DNA of 64,000 nt from Paraspadella gotoi (lineage: Eukaryota; Animalia; Chaetognatha). A model generated the notes under the pieces. That model had not been told where the DNA came from. It saw only the letters and a list, made by a program, of their open reading frames with translations, and did no database searches. How positions within the stretch are numbered: the stretch's first letter is position 1; each line of letters begins with the position of its first letter. Shown in pieces: positions 12,754 to 30,603 of this stretch. A program made the translations under genes and the position numbers. The stretch lies in assembly GCA_051294375.1 (NCBI GenBank), contig CM119263.1, positions 5,578,823-5,642,822 of the forward strand, given 5' to 3'.

Positions 12754-13559
12754 TTTTCAGTCACACCATAACAGTCAGTCCCGATCGTTTCCACATAAAT
12801 CTCATTTCATCCTCCACCCATCCTACTCCTCCTCCTCCTCCTCCTCCTCCTCCGAGCAAATTCGTCTCCGCTTCGCGACTTAATTCGCCGTCGCCACAAA
12901 TTTTAACCCAAATCCATTCGGAAATCCGACTCATTAATTCCTCCTCTTCCCTTTGTCATTCTTTCCTATTTTTTTATTTTCCTTTCTTTTATTCTTTGTC
13001 ATATTTTCGTTCTTCAGACTTTCATTGTCATTTTTCGCCTATTTTTCACTTTCCTATGTCATTATCTTTTTCCTAGTTTCTCCTTGGTTTGTCCTTTTTC
13101 TTTTTTTCATTTTTTTATTGTCATTATTTATCTTTTTTATAGTCCTTTCTTTATTTTTATTTTTATCACATTCTTTAACATTTTTCGTCTTTTATTTTTT
13201 TATCAATTTTTTTTCATGTTTTCCTAATTTTTTTCCTATTATAATTGTTATTGTTTTCTTTTATTTTTTCTTTAACTTCTTTTATCATTGTCATTTCTTT
13301 TTTAATTCTTTCTTTCTTCACTCACTCTTTTCCCTCTTCCTTTCGAAAAGGCCGCCGGAGAGTTAACGTCATTGAGTCTCTTGAGATCACAATCCGCTTC
13401 TATCGTTGACGTTACTTTTTGGTTGAATTATCAGCGCCGTGAAATTTTTCAAGCGAAATGAAATTGAAGGCTTAGTTTTTCTGTTCCCAACGAAATTGAA
13501 GGAAAGACAATAAAAATTAATTAGGAAGAAGGAAAAAATGAACGAATAAACGAATGAAT

Positions 13560-13860
13560 GTAGTAATATTTAATGAATGAATGAACAAACCAACTAACGA
13601 GGTAGTAATAAACAAACAAACGAAATAACAAACGAACGAACGAACGAACAAATTAATAAATAATCGAACTAACAAATTAACGAATTAACGAGCGTCAAAT
13701 GTTACAATAAATATCAGAACAAGCTAACGAATAAGATAAATGTAATGAAACTAATGACGAAGAACCAAAACAAAAGCAAACCAGAAACAAAATGCTAAAA
13801 TTATTTCAAACAAACAATGAATTTTTACACAAACAAACTGACGAATCTCGTTTTTCAAAA
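13560..13860. repeat. Degenerate (AACG/AAAC)n low-complexity tract
   Basis: Runs of aacgaacgaacgaacgaac, aaacaaacaaac and ttaacgaattaacg. Confidence 0.7.
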
Positions 13861-13949
13861 TTGGGTCATATCTTAGTCATAATGAATACCGTAGATAAAT
13901 GACTCCAGCAAACGAAGGTTTAAAACGAGCTCCTAATTGGGAAAGCAAA

Positions 13950-14029
<80 letters not shown>

Positions 14030-14307
14030 CTGGCTTAGTTCGGCTCAATTTGGAGCGCGCGTCCAAGTTGCTTAGCGACTCCAAAACGAGGTTTTAATTA
14101 GAAGCGCGATGGTGCGAAGCTAATGTCGAATTCACGGAGGGAAGGAGAAATAAAGAAGAAGAAAAAAGTGAAGAAGGAGAGAAAGAAAATGAAAAAGGAA
14201 AGAAGGAGAAAAGAAAAAGAAAGGTATTTAGAAGAAGATGTCACGTTTTAAATTAATCGAATGAGACAAATTATCATTAAGGAATAGAAAGAATGAAACG
14301 CCCTAAA

Positions 14308-14374
<67 letters not shown>
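13950..14374. repeat. (CT)n (13950-14022) and (GA)n (14308-14374) microsatellites in inverted arrangement
   Basis: Directly visible dinucleotide tracts. Confidence 0.9.
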
Positions 14375-14375
<1 letters not shown>

Positions 14376-14920
14376 GGCATAGACTTCCGAGTCTCAAAAT
14401 TAACGTTTTAAAGACAAATTCATTCAATTAAAAATAAAAGAAAAGATTCCAATCATTAGCTAATTTAAAATGAGAGCCGGAAGCAGTGAGAAGAACAGAA
14501 ATGGTCAGTAAGAGAAGATGAGAGAAAGAAAGGCGAATCTTGGCAGAGTTGAGTCGTGGGGGAAAAAGGAAAAAAGGAAAAAAGGAAAAAAGAGAGGAGA
14601 AAGGAAGGATAGTTTAAGGATGAAAGAAAGAAAGGGAGGAAAAAGAAGAAAAGGGAGGAAAAAGAAAGAAGAAAGAAATGGAGGAAAAAGTGAGGAAGAA
14701 AGAATAAGAAAGAAAAAGAAGAATAAAAGGAGGAAGGGATGAAAGGAAGAAAAAGAAAAGAGGAAATAAAAAAGACAAAGAAAGGAGAAAAGAAAAAGGA
14801 AAAAGGGAAGAAAGGAAGAAAAAAAGGGAAAAAAAAGGAGGAAGCGATCTCGTTTGTCTTCGCGTCACAGTTACATCGCTTCACATCCGGTTCTTGATGG
14901 ACGGAACCGAAATTACCTCC

Positions 14921-15075
14921 GGGATGGAACCAGGGGCATGGAACTTGGAACATGGAACCTTAGGAATAGAACTTGGAGGATGAAACATGGAGGAGAGAAC
15001 CTGGGGGATGGAACTTGGGGAATGAAAATCAGTATGGTACTACGTATGGAACAAAATGATGGAACCTGGGTTAAT
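14921..15075. repeat. ~14-bp minisatellite (ggatggaacctggg-like), ~8-10 degenerate units
   Basis: gggatggaaccagg / gcatggaacttgga / acatggaaccttag / gaatagaacttgga / ggatgaaacatgga / ggagagaacctggg / ggatggaacttggg. Confidence 0.7.
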
Positions 15076-15415
15076 TAACCAGGAAGATAGAACTAGGAAG
15101 ATGAAACCTGAGAAATGGAATCATGATGATTATTCTGGGAAAATAGAATCGGTAAAAAGAAAACAAAGACAATAGGAGGTAGATGGAACCAGGGAGAAGA
15201 AATGAAATCGACGTGAAATGGAGAATTGGTCAGAAAAAAAACCGCGACTGTGAAAGTGGACGGATTCTTTAACTCAGTCTTGTCTCCATCACCGCTCACT
15301 CACTATTTTCAAGCCACTTTCTCTACCACTCTCTCCGTTACTCACTACACCGCTCACTCCCTTCCCTTTGCGTTATTTTTCATTGCTCTATCTCGATCAT
15401 CTCTTTCCCTCTGAC

Positions 15416-15450
<35 letters not shown>

Positions 15451-16077
15451 NNNNNNNNNNNNNNNNNNNNNNNNNNNNNNNNNNNNNNNNNNNNNNNNNN
15501 NNNNNNNNNNNNNNNNNNNNNNNNNNNNNNNNNNNNNNNNNNNNNNNNNNNNNNNNNNNNNNNNNNNNNNNNNNNNNNNNNNNNNNNNNNNNNNNNNNNN
15601 NNNNNNNNNNNNNNNNNNNNNNNNNNNNNNNNNNNNNNNNNNNNNNNNNNNNNNNNNNNNNNNNNNNNNNNNNNNNNNNNNNNNNNNNNNNNNNNNNNNN
15701 NNNNNNNNNNNNNNNNNNNNNNNNNNNNNNNNNNNNNNNNNNNNNNNNNNNNNNNNNNNNNNNNNNNNNNNNNNNNNNNNNNNNNNNNNNNNNNNNNNNN
15801 NNNNNNNNNNNNNNNNNNNNNNNNNNNNNNNNNNNNNNNNNNNNNNNNNNNNNNNNNNNNNNNNNNNNNNNNNNNNNNNNNNNNNNNNNNNNNNNNNNNN
15901 NNNNNNNNNNNNNNNNNNNNNNNNNNNNNNNNNNNNNNNNNNNNNNNNNNNNNNNNNNNNNNNNNNNNNNNNNNNNNNNNNNNNNNNNNNNNNNNCGCCG
16001 CCAAGTGATAAATGAGGAACAAGATTCCTGGAGATCGAAGATTTGAATCCCGAGGCGAAGATTAGACTTCGTCTAAA

Positions 16078-16139
16078 GGTGAAGGGGAGTGGCAGGGTAA
16101 AGGGGAGTGGCATAGAGGAGTGGCAGGGTGAAGGGGACT
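16078..16139. repeat. 18-bp G-rich tandem repeat (ggtgaaggggagtggcag), ~3.5 units
   Basis: Visible directly. Confidence 0.7.
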
Positions 16140-16400
16140 GACATGGTGGGAAGACATGGTAAGACTGTAAGCAAAGACGGTGGTGAGCCGCGATGGAATG
16201 GCCGGGCGGAGCGGGGAAGTTGAGAGATTCAAAATTCACTTTCTGTGGTGAAAATAAAGGTTTTGGTGGAAATTTGAGGCGGTACAGGTGTCTAGACCAC
16301 CTCCTCCTCCTCTTCCTCCACCTCCTCCTCCTCCTCCTCCTGATGTTTCCCCTTCTCCTCCTCCTCCTCCTCTTCCTCTTCTTCCTCTCTCGAAAGTAAG

Positions 16401-16461
16401 AAATTATGTTGTGGTGAAGATTTGTGGCACCAGGGATTCGGAGAGGAGAACGACTGTTGGA

Positions 16462-16496
<35 letters not shown>
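16401..16496. repeat. Cleanest copy of the 64-bp satellite core followed by (GA)n
   Basis: aaattatgttgtggtgaagatttgtggcaccagggattcggagaggagaacgactgttggaatc at 16401-16464. Confidence 0.9.
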
Positions 16497-16521
16497 NNNN
16501 NNNNNNNNNNNNNNNNNNNNN

Positions 16522-21022
<4,501 letters not shown>

Positions 21023-21883
21023 NNNNNNNNNNNNNNNNNNNNNNNNNATGGTGTGAGCCGCCCGCGATTTTACTTGGAATCCTGGCGGCCGGGAATCGAA
21101 GACTGTACCCGGCGGACCGGGTCGGGGCGAAGTACAAAGGTAGTTTGAGTAAGTGAGAGCGAGAGAGAGGAGTGGGACTGTGGAATGGAGAAGAGGAGAG
21201 ATAGGCGGGAGCGCGACTAGGAGTGAGAGTGATCGGAAGCTGAGGGAGGTTTTTTCCAAAAAATCCCACTCCTCTGTGTCTGTGATTGTGACTCTTGTGA
21301 TTTTCGTCTGTGGAAAATAATAGAAAAGGTTCTGTGGAGAATATTTTGTTGAGCGTGGCTAAGGTGTAGGTATCCAACAACAGATTGGGGTTTTCTTCTC
21401 TTCTTCTTTTTTTTTCTCTTTTTTCTGTCTCTCTTTTCCCCGTTCAGGTTCTTCTCTCATCGATTCCTATTTCTCCTAGCCTTGTATTCCTCACCTCTCT
21501 CACACCTAACTTGGCTTCCGCCTTCCTTATTCTCCGTCCGTCCTTCGTCTCCCCCCTACCCCTCAGCACTTACTTGCTTCTCTCCGCTTCTCTTTGCTTC
21601 TCTCTCTTTTTCATGTTATTCCTCTTTCCTTCTCTTAATTCTTTGTGTTGCTGGGTGTGTTTATCTTAATTTCCTCGTCTATAGTTTCTTGTTTTCCCTG
21701 TTTCCCCCCTCTGTTCCTTAGTTCTTATTTATCTCTTACTATCATCACATACATTATAAGTGACGATGTACACCCTCCTCGCTCCTCTTCTCCACTCCGT
21801 TCCTCTCCTCCTTCCTTGATGTGCCCCTTTCCTCCTTCCTCCTCCTTTCTTCCTCTTTCTTTCCTCTCTTGAAAGTAAGAAAG

Positions 21884-22019
21884 AAATTATGTTGTTGTGT
21901 TGAAGATTGTGAGGGCTATTGGCCGGGGATTCGGTGAGATGACGGGCCCCAGGGATTCCGGAGGAGAGGAGAACCGACTGTTGGAGGAATCCGAGAGAGA
22001 GAGAGAGAGAAGAGAGAGC

Positions 22020-22068
<49 letters not shown>

Positions 22069-23458
22069 GGAGAGAAAGAGGGAGAGGGTGATGAGAGAGA
22101 AGAGAGAGACGGAGAGGAGAGGAGTGAGAGGGAGGAGAAGAGAGGGAGAGAGAGGAGAAATTATTGTGTTTATGGGAAAGTGAAGATTGTGGCACCAGGA
22201 TTCGGGAAGGAGAACGACTGTTGGACAATCCGAGGGAGAGAGAGAGAGAGAAGGAGAGAGAGAGAGAAGAGAGTAGAGATGATGTATGAGGAGAGAGAGA
22301 AGGGAGAGAAGAGAGGAAAGAGGAGAGAGAGAGGGAAATTATTTTGGTGAAGATTTTGGCCCAGGGGATTCGCGAGAGGAGACGACTGTTGGAATCGAGA
22401 GAGAGAGAAGGAGAGAAGAGAGAGAGAGAGAGAGAGACGGAGAAGAGAGAGAGGAGAGAGGAGGAAGAAGAGAGGAGAGAGAGGAGAGGAGAGAGAGAAA
22501 TATGTTGTGGGAAGGATTTGTGCACCAGGATTCGGGAAGGGAGGAACGACTTTTGGAATCGAGAGAGAAGAGAGAAAGAGAAGAGAAGAGAGAGAGAGGA
22601 GAGAGAGAGAGATGAGAGAGAGGAGGTAGAGAGAGAGAGAGAGAGAGAGGAGAATTATGTTCTTGTGTGAAGATTTGTGGCCAGGGATTCGGAGAGGGAC
22701 GACTGTGGAATCGAGAGAGAGAGAGAGAGAAGATGAGAGAGGAGACCGAGAGAGAGAGAGAGAGATGAGAGGGAAGAGAGAGAGAGAGGAGGGATGAAAA
22801 AGAGGAGTGGAGAGAGAAATTATGTGTAGGTTCCGAAGATTTGTGGGCACCAGGGATTCGGAGGAGGAGACACGACTGTTGGAATCGAGAGAGAGAGAGA
22901 GAAGAAGAAGAGAGAGAGAGAGAAGAGAGAGGAGAGAGAGAGAGAGAGGGAGGAGGAGAGAGAGAAGATGAGAGGAGAGAGAGAGAGAAGAGGAGATTGG
23001 AAATATCGTGTTGGAAGATTTGTGCGGCACCAGGGATTCGGAGAGAGAACGACTGTTGGATCGAGAGAGGAGAGAGAAGAAGATAGAGAGAGAGAGAGAT
23101 GAGAGAGGGAAGGAGAGAGAGAAGAGTGAGAGAGAGAGAAGAGAGAGAGAGAGAAATTATGTTTGTGGTGAAGAATGATTTGTGGCACCAGGATTCGGTA
23201 GGAGTAGAGAAACGACTGTTGGAATCGAGAGAGAGAGAGAGAGAAAGACGAGAGAGGAGAGAGAGGAGAGAGAGGACGAGAGAGGAGAGAGAGAGAAAAG
23301 AGAGGAGAGGTGAGGGAGAGAGAGAGAGAGAGAGAAGGAGCGACGAGAGAGAGATATTATGTTGTGGTTTGAAGATTTGGTGGCACCAGGGATTCGCGAG
23401 AGGAGAACGACTGTTGGAATCGAGAGAGAGAGAGAGAGAAGAGGAGAGAGAGGACTAG

Positions 23459-23507
<49 letters not shown>

Positions 23508-23604
23508 CTTATGTGTGTGGTGAAGATTGTGGCACAGGGATTTCGGAGAGGGAGAACGACTGTTGAATCGAGAGAGAGAGAGAGAGGGAGAGAGAGAGAG
23601 AGAG

Positions 23605-23635
<31 letters not shown>

Positions 23636-23636
23636 A
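21884..23636. repeat. Second, identical copy of the core+(GA)n satellite
   Basis: Matches 17358-19110 at offset 4526, including apparent sequencing errors. Confidence 0.9.
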
Positions 23637-23898
23637 GGAAGAGCCAATGAAGTCACTGTCAAAGTTAATAAAAAAAACCAGAATGAAAAAGAAAGAGGGA
23701 AAATTAAAAAAGAAAAAGAAAAGAAAAAGAAATCGTCTCTCGTTTTCGTTCACCTTTTGCGTGCGAAATCTGCGCAGCAAAAAATTTCTGCGCGCACCAA
23801 CTTAAAAAGTTCTCACTTGACCTTTCGCACGTACGATTCGTCCGTTCAGAAACTTTCCTTTTCCGCAGACACGGACTTACACTGCCAGGATAGTTTTA

Positions 23899-23998
<100 letters not shown>

Positions 23999-23999
23999 A

Positions 24000-24043
<44 letters not shown>

Positions 24044-24841
24044 CTCTCCTTTTCTTTATGTGTTGACTCTCGGCAATTTATTTCTTATTCCCGGTTCTCG
24101 GCGGCCCGCAGCGATTCCTCGGATTCGACGAAGAGAAGCGGGCGGAGAGGGGGATTGAGGAGTAAGGGAGGGTGAGTAAGGGGAAGAGGAAGATCGGACA
24201 GTTGGTGAGGTGTAATGAGAAGGGGTTAATGAATGGAGTGTAGAAAATGTTTACTACTGTTTCTATGCTTCTTGGGTCGGCGCGTTCGAGGCGTCACCCG
24301 TCCGTATATGGTACTTGAGAAGGGAGTCCCATGTGGTAGGAGCAAAAGAAAAAATGCAATAGCCTTTATTTCTGGAAGGTAAGTGTGTTCCGTATGAGGA
24401 TTCTTTATGTCCGTCTCCTCTGGTTCAAGTCTGTCCGTCAGTTTATCATTTCGTTATCATTTATCATCTGTCCGTCGCTCTTTCGGGTTAGCGTCCGTTG
24501 TGTCCGTCTATCTCTCTGCTACTTCGGGTCGGTCCGGTCGGTCTGTCGTAGGACCCCACCGACTTCTCGCTTCCATTCAAATGACCATTAGGATAAAGGA
24601 TTCCTCACCTTGCCTCACCTCGCCTCACCCTTCACCGAACTCGACGCCCGAAACTGAAGAAGAGAGAAGCCAACCTGAGCTTAACCCCGTCCGAGGAAGA
24701 GGAGGAGGGGAGGAAGAGGAGGAGGGGGAGGAAGGAGGAGGGAGGGAGAGAGGAGAGAGGAGGATGGGAGGAGGAGGGGGAGGCGGAGAGGAAAAGGAGG
24801 GAAACCGACACAAAATTTGAATATTTTTTCCCCTCGATTCT

Positions 24842-24884
<43 letters not shown>

Positions 24885-25640
24885 TCTCTCTCCTCTCTCT
24901 CTCTACTCTCTCTTCTCTCTCTCTCTCTCTTCTCTTTTCTCCTCTCTCTATATCAGTAAAAGATGGCGACTTCATTAAAGACATCTTCGTCGAAAAAGAA
25001 AACGTCAACGAAACGCCGGGATTCTTCGAGGGGATGACGACCGAGACGACGACGACGACGGACCGTCGCGTCTCCTTTGGCGGATTTCGCGTTTGACTCC
25101 ACATCAACAAAAGATTGAGCGATGGCCGCGCCTCCGCATCCGCCGCGCCGCCTCTGGGCCGCCGCCGCCTCCGCGCCTCCGCCTCCGCCGCCTCCGACGC
25201 CTTCGCCATGCCGCGCAAACACTTTTTCTTTTTTTTCTTTTTTCTTTTCTTTTTTTATTGTCTCTTTTTTAGTTAATTTATTGGCCTTTATTTTCCTTTC
25301 TCTCCTTTTCTTCTTCTCCTTTATTTATTCCCTCTTTCCTTAATTTTTTTGCCCTTTTTTATTCTCCTTTTTCTTTCAAAAACTCAAAAGGAGATTTTCT
25401 TTCTTTTCTTTTCTTTCGTCGGAGGCGGGAAACGTCGACACTAATTTCTTTCTTTATCGCCAGAAGTCGTCGTTCGTCGTCGTCGTCGTCGTCGTTCGTC
25501 GTCTGTCGTTTTTCTTTGCCTTAACGTTAAGTTCTGGGAATCCCTCAATTGTTTCCACATTTGTCTTCAACGCAAACGGCACTGACAGAGCTAGAACCGA
25601 GAGAGAGAGAGAGATAGAAGAGAGAGAGAGAGAGAGATGA

Positions 25641-25681
<41 letters not shown>

Positions 25682-26108
25682 GTAATCTCCGGACTGACAA
25701 TTTCTCTTTATGACTTTATCTTCTTTCTCTTTTTTTTGTCTGCGTCCAGCGACATCTCGATTCTCATTTATTTAGTTTCGGTTTTTCCCGCCAGAAACCT
25801 TTTGTTTTTTTTTTCAAATAACACTTTCAACATAAGAGCAACGATCGACGAAAAGTAGTTTTTTTCTTTTCAACAAAATAGAAAATGAAAAAAAAACATT
25901 GGAGGAGAAGGAGGAAGAGGAGGAGAACAACAACAACAACAATAAAATTTAAAAAAAGACAAAAACGACGAAGTCTAATTCAATCAATATTTAAAAATAT
26001 TGAAAAAATTAATGAATGAGTAAACATGAATATGAATATATGAATGAGTCAATGAAATTAACAATTGAACCAATGAGTAAACATGAATATGAATCGATGA
26101 ATGAATCA

Positions 26109-26264
<156 letters not shown>

Positions 26265-27776
26265 TCATTAATAAAAATTAATTAATTAAAATCATGAAGC
26301 TCGCTTCACATGAGATTAATTTCGTGCTTAGGACGGAAAAGAGGGGGCGCGATTGTTTTGAGACGAAAGACGTCACCCGCCGGCGCCACGCCCTCTTCCG
26401 TCGGCGTCACCATCCAGAGCACACCCTAGCCAACCTCTTAGCCCTACCTCCCACCCATTCACCGCTCGTTCTCTTTCCGTTTCGAGGTGAAAGGAAATGA
26501 AAATCTCTTTTCCTCCTTCGGGATTTCATAACAATGAAGCCTGACATTAAAAATGGCATCTCTGGCGCGATTTGGGGTAGGGGCGTGGAAGAGGGGGTGG
26601 GAGAGGGGAGGTGGAAGAGGGGGTGGGAAAGGAGAGGGGGAGAGAGGAGGGGGAGAGAGGGAGGGGGAAAGGAGAGGTGGAGAGAGGGAGACCGGGGAAG
26701 AGACGCCAAAGTTTATCGTGATATTACAGAGTAATATTAACATAGTTATGTTAAGTGGGCTGAAGATGACTTTCTCTACTTTTTATAACCTCTTCTTGAA
26801 GCCATCGTATGCGTCCTGGCTGGGAACCAGGCTTGGGGGGTTTCTACGGCCGTCCGGTACTTAGTGGTCATGAGTTAGCTGGCTTTACTCGATGGGCCAA
26901 GTCAAGGAACATAGTCTATTGGCGGGGAAAGGGAAAAACCCTAGGAAATGCCCACTAATGTTAAAATGTACTACCACTACAGTAAAAATCCTTTGCTTTT
27001 TTTAAAGTTTCTATTTAGGTTCACTTAGCCGAAAAATTTCTACGGTCGGGTTTAAAACGTAATCCCCTTATTTAAATATTTCCTCTTCACAAAATTCCTC
27101 TCCTTCTCTTCCTCCTCCTCGTCTTTCCTCTCATCCTTCCTCCTTCTCCTCTCCCTCTTCCTCCTCCTACCTCTCTCCCTCTTCCTCCTCCTCCTACCTC
27201 TCTCCCTCTCCCTCTTCCCCCAAAAAAAGATACCGTCTACAAGTCTTCGCAAAATATTCCGACGCAAACATCGTAAAGTAGATTGAAAAATTCTTCGACG
27301 GGAGGAGCGACGCGAGATTTACTCTCTCAACCTATTTGGTGGAGAGAGAGAGAGGGAGACGGGGAAAAGAACGAGGAGAGGAGAGAGAGAGAGAGAGAGA
27401 GATGGAGGAGAGAGAGCAGAGAGAGAGAGAGAGAAGAGGTAGAGAGACGAGCATGAGGAATCTTGACTTTAAAACCATAACAAAAACTTTTGACGGTAAC
27501 AACTTTGAGATTTTGATAGGGAATCCCTACTAACTGTCGCCAAAACCCTTTGTCTTTTTCTCGGCGACAACAACGACGACAACAACAACATCGACGACGA
27601 CAACCAAGGATAAGTTTTGAACTTTCGATGTTTTCGTTAAGAATGAGGATAATTCAACTAAATATTAACCAAAAAAAAAAAAAAAAAAAAAAATCGCAAA
27701 CATTTACATCGCATGTCGGAAAAAGGAATTCATTGTGAACCCCTTTTTACTTTATTTAATCATTAAGGTAAGGTAA

Positions 27777-27823
27777 GGCAAGGCTGATTAAAACATTAAG
27801 TAAATGTTTTAATCAGCCTTGCC
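27777..27823. repeat. Perfect 21-bp inverted repeat with 5-nt loop, preceded by (TAAGG)3
   Basis: GGCAAGGCTGATTAAAACATT-aagta-AATGTTTTAATCAGCCTTGCC. Confidence 0.9.
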
Positions 27824-27984
27824 GTTCCTGTTACACAACCGCCACCCAAGTCTACCCACTCCATTCAAAATTCGGAAAACAACCATTTTGGTGCGAGGTC
27901 ACCAGTTTTGACGGATCTTCACTGGAAGTCAGAAAGCGAGAGAGCGAGACAGTGAGAGAGAGATAGAGACAGAAGAGAGAAATC

Positions 27985-29709
27985 ATGGACGAGAAAGAAA
28001 GGTTTTTTTGTTGTTTTGCCTCAGGTCAGACTGAGGGTCAGAATATCGGGAGTAGAGCGGACGTCGACGGTGAAACTCACTTGAAAAGAAGAACGGTGAG
28101 GAAAGAAAAAGCAAAGAAAAAAAAATGAATTACTAGAACGAATAAAATAAATAATCAAAAAAGTGATTTCAATAATGACGAAAGGATTATTTACGTCTAC
28201 TTGTATTTTAATTTACTTATACTGCAATATGTAAATTAGATTTAGTTTAAAAAATCGTCAGACACGAAACGAAAGTTCATCTTTTCGCTTCGACGTCTCC
28301 TCTAATTTTCCTCCGCAGGAATGGGTGCCGCTCACCGCCATCTCCTTCGCGTCCCTGACATTTAGCGAGTTTGACGCGATGCCAGCGCCGCCGCCGCCGC
28401 CGCCGCCGCCGCCGNNNNNNNNNNNNNNNNNNNNNNNNNNNNNNNNNNNNNNNNNNNNNNNNNNNNNNNNNNNNNNNNNNNNNNNNNNNNNNNNNNNNNN
28501 NNNNNNNNNNNNNNNNNNNNNNNNNNNNNNNNNNNNNNNNNNNNNNNNNNNNNNNNNNNNNNNNNNNNNNNAAACAGAAAAAACGAATCGTAATCTGAGG
28601 GACATTATTTTAAAAAATAAATTAAAATAGTTAAGTTTTGCCAACGAAACAAAGAAAGGTTTTCATCCAAAGGTAACCCGTGCTGCCCGACAACCACGTA
28701 GAGGACAACCCCACGGGCCGCCCGACGTGGGTAACTACCCTTTATCCACCACTGGTTGCCCGTCGGGTCTTCAGGTGACAAAAAACGGCCATCGGGAAAA
28801 GAAGAAGGAGGAAGAGGAGGAAGAGAAGGAAAAGGAGGAAGAGGAGGAAAATGAGGAAGAGGAGAAAGAGAAGGTAAAGGAGGAACAGAAGGAAGAGGAG
28901 GAAGACGAGGAAGAGTTACCGACCCCCACCATCTTTCTGGGGGGTCATCTCCCTACTGCCCACCATCCCCCTCCACTCTTCGGGGAGGGGTCATCCCCCA
29001 CCCCCTCCCCACTTTCGGGGGGGTCACCGTCAACTGGACGCGATCGTTTCTGCCACAGAAAAATAATTCACGTTGAATCTCAATGTCCAACGAAGACCGA
29101 ATATATTTTCCCTTTTCTCTTTTCTTTTCCTTTATTTCTCTTTTCCTTTTCCTTTATCGTCCCTTTCTTTTTTTTCTTCAGGAAGGACCAAGATTCTCTC
29201 TTTCGTGTCGTCATGGAAACGGACGCAGCTTCTACGGTGGGCGTGGCCAAGAATTGGTCATTCGCGAAGGGACATTTGTCAAATTCGCTTCCGAGACAAA
29301 AAAGAAGAAGAGGAAGTTTGCGTCGCCGTGATTGTTGTTGTTGTTGTTGTTCTCGTTTTCATTGTTGTCTTTAAGATTGTTGTGGGTTTCTTTGTTAATA
29401 TTGTCTGGTTTAATTTGTTGTTGGCGTTGTTGTTTTTATTGTTGTTATTGTATCCAATGTTGTCTCAACCCCAATGACCTTCTGAAGTCAATTCATCCAA
29501 ATCGAAACAAACACGAACTTGAACAAATACTTGACCATGGAAACAAACAACGACGACAACGACAACGACGACAACGACGACGACAAAAAGGTTTCCATCA
29601 TTTTTAAAGGAAGAAGAAGAGGAAGAGGAAGAGGAAGAGGAAGAGAATCGTCGCCCTTTCTCTCTCCAACCCTTGTCCCTACTTTCTGTCCGAGTTGTTT
29701 ATCTATATC

Positions 29710-29767
<58 letters not shown>

Positions 29768-30562
29768 TTCCGGACGGAAGAAATTTGGCAGAACAATGTT
29801 TTGGTCACGTCTCGAATAATGGGCGCAAAATGGAGGATAAGATCGTCTGACGATCATTGGTCATAACGAAAGGTCGGCCAGGNNNNNNNNNNNNNNNNNN
29901 NNNNNNNGTCGGCCTTTAGGGTGTCGGTGGCCATAGATGGGCGTGAGGTGGAAGGGGGGCGTCCTCTCTCCGGGTCCGAATTCGAGGTCCGTTCGGGGTG
30001 TCGACGCTCAAAATGGCGCCGGCGGAATGGAATCATGCGCGGGCCGTTGGAACGAGGAAGAAAATGGAATCATAAATGGCAAAAACAAATGAAAGACGAC
30101 CGGAGAGGGGGAGGGGAGGGGAGGGAGGCAGGGAGAGAGAGAGAGGGAGAGAGAAGAGCGGAGGAAGAGGAGGAAGGAAGAGGGAGGAAGAGGGAGGGAG
30201 GACAAACGAGAGAGGGAGGAGGAGAGAGAGGAAGAAGCGAAGAAGATGGAGAGGGAGGGAAATGATTGGAAAGGGATGAGAGACGGAGAGAGAGCGACAA
30301 AAAAAGGAGAGGAGAAGGGAAAGAGAGAAGATCAAAACAAAGGAAATAGTAAGGGCAGAGAAAGGACAAGCAGCAAAGATTGGCCTTTTTTTGTGAGGGG
30401 TGAGGATTTCGAGAGTCGAGGTAGTTTCAGAGGGAAAACAAAGCTAGGTTTTCTCGCTCGCCCATTTTTTCTCTAAGGGCGATTCCATTGTTTTTCACTC
30501 TCTCCTCTGTCTTTTCTCTATCTCTCTGCTCTGTCTTTCTCTCTCTCTCTCTCTCCTCTCTT

Positions 30563-30603
<41 letters not shown>

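Noticed and set aside
12203-12883. 226-aa ORF as a real protein
   Set aside because: It runs through a GC island into A/G and (CT)n tracts, has no domain-like content and is not open in the duplicate at 8440-9180.
16401-16464. Hammerhead ribozyme or tRNA fragment in the satellite core
   Set aside because: There is no CUGANGA/GAAA core on either strand. The minus-strand cgaatccctggtgcca is too short for a T-arm plus acceptor stem.
26755-26985. Penelope-type minimal hammerhead or SINE (ctgaagatg.., cctgg..ccagg hairpin)
   Set aside because: No properly placed GAAA or stems, and no Pol III boxes or boundaries I can support.
28727-29374. 215-aa E-rich ORF as a host gene exon
   Set aside because: It is a GAG/GAA repeat plus CT tract, and the frame is not conserved in the paralogues at 35650-36280.
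29841-29875. Hammerhead-like ctgacga...gaaa
   Set aside because: The intervening bases do not form stem II; only a 7-bp palindrome gatcgtc-t-gacgatc is present.
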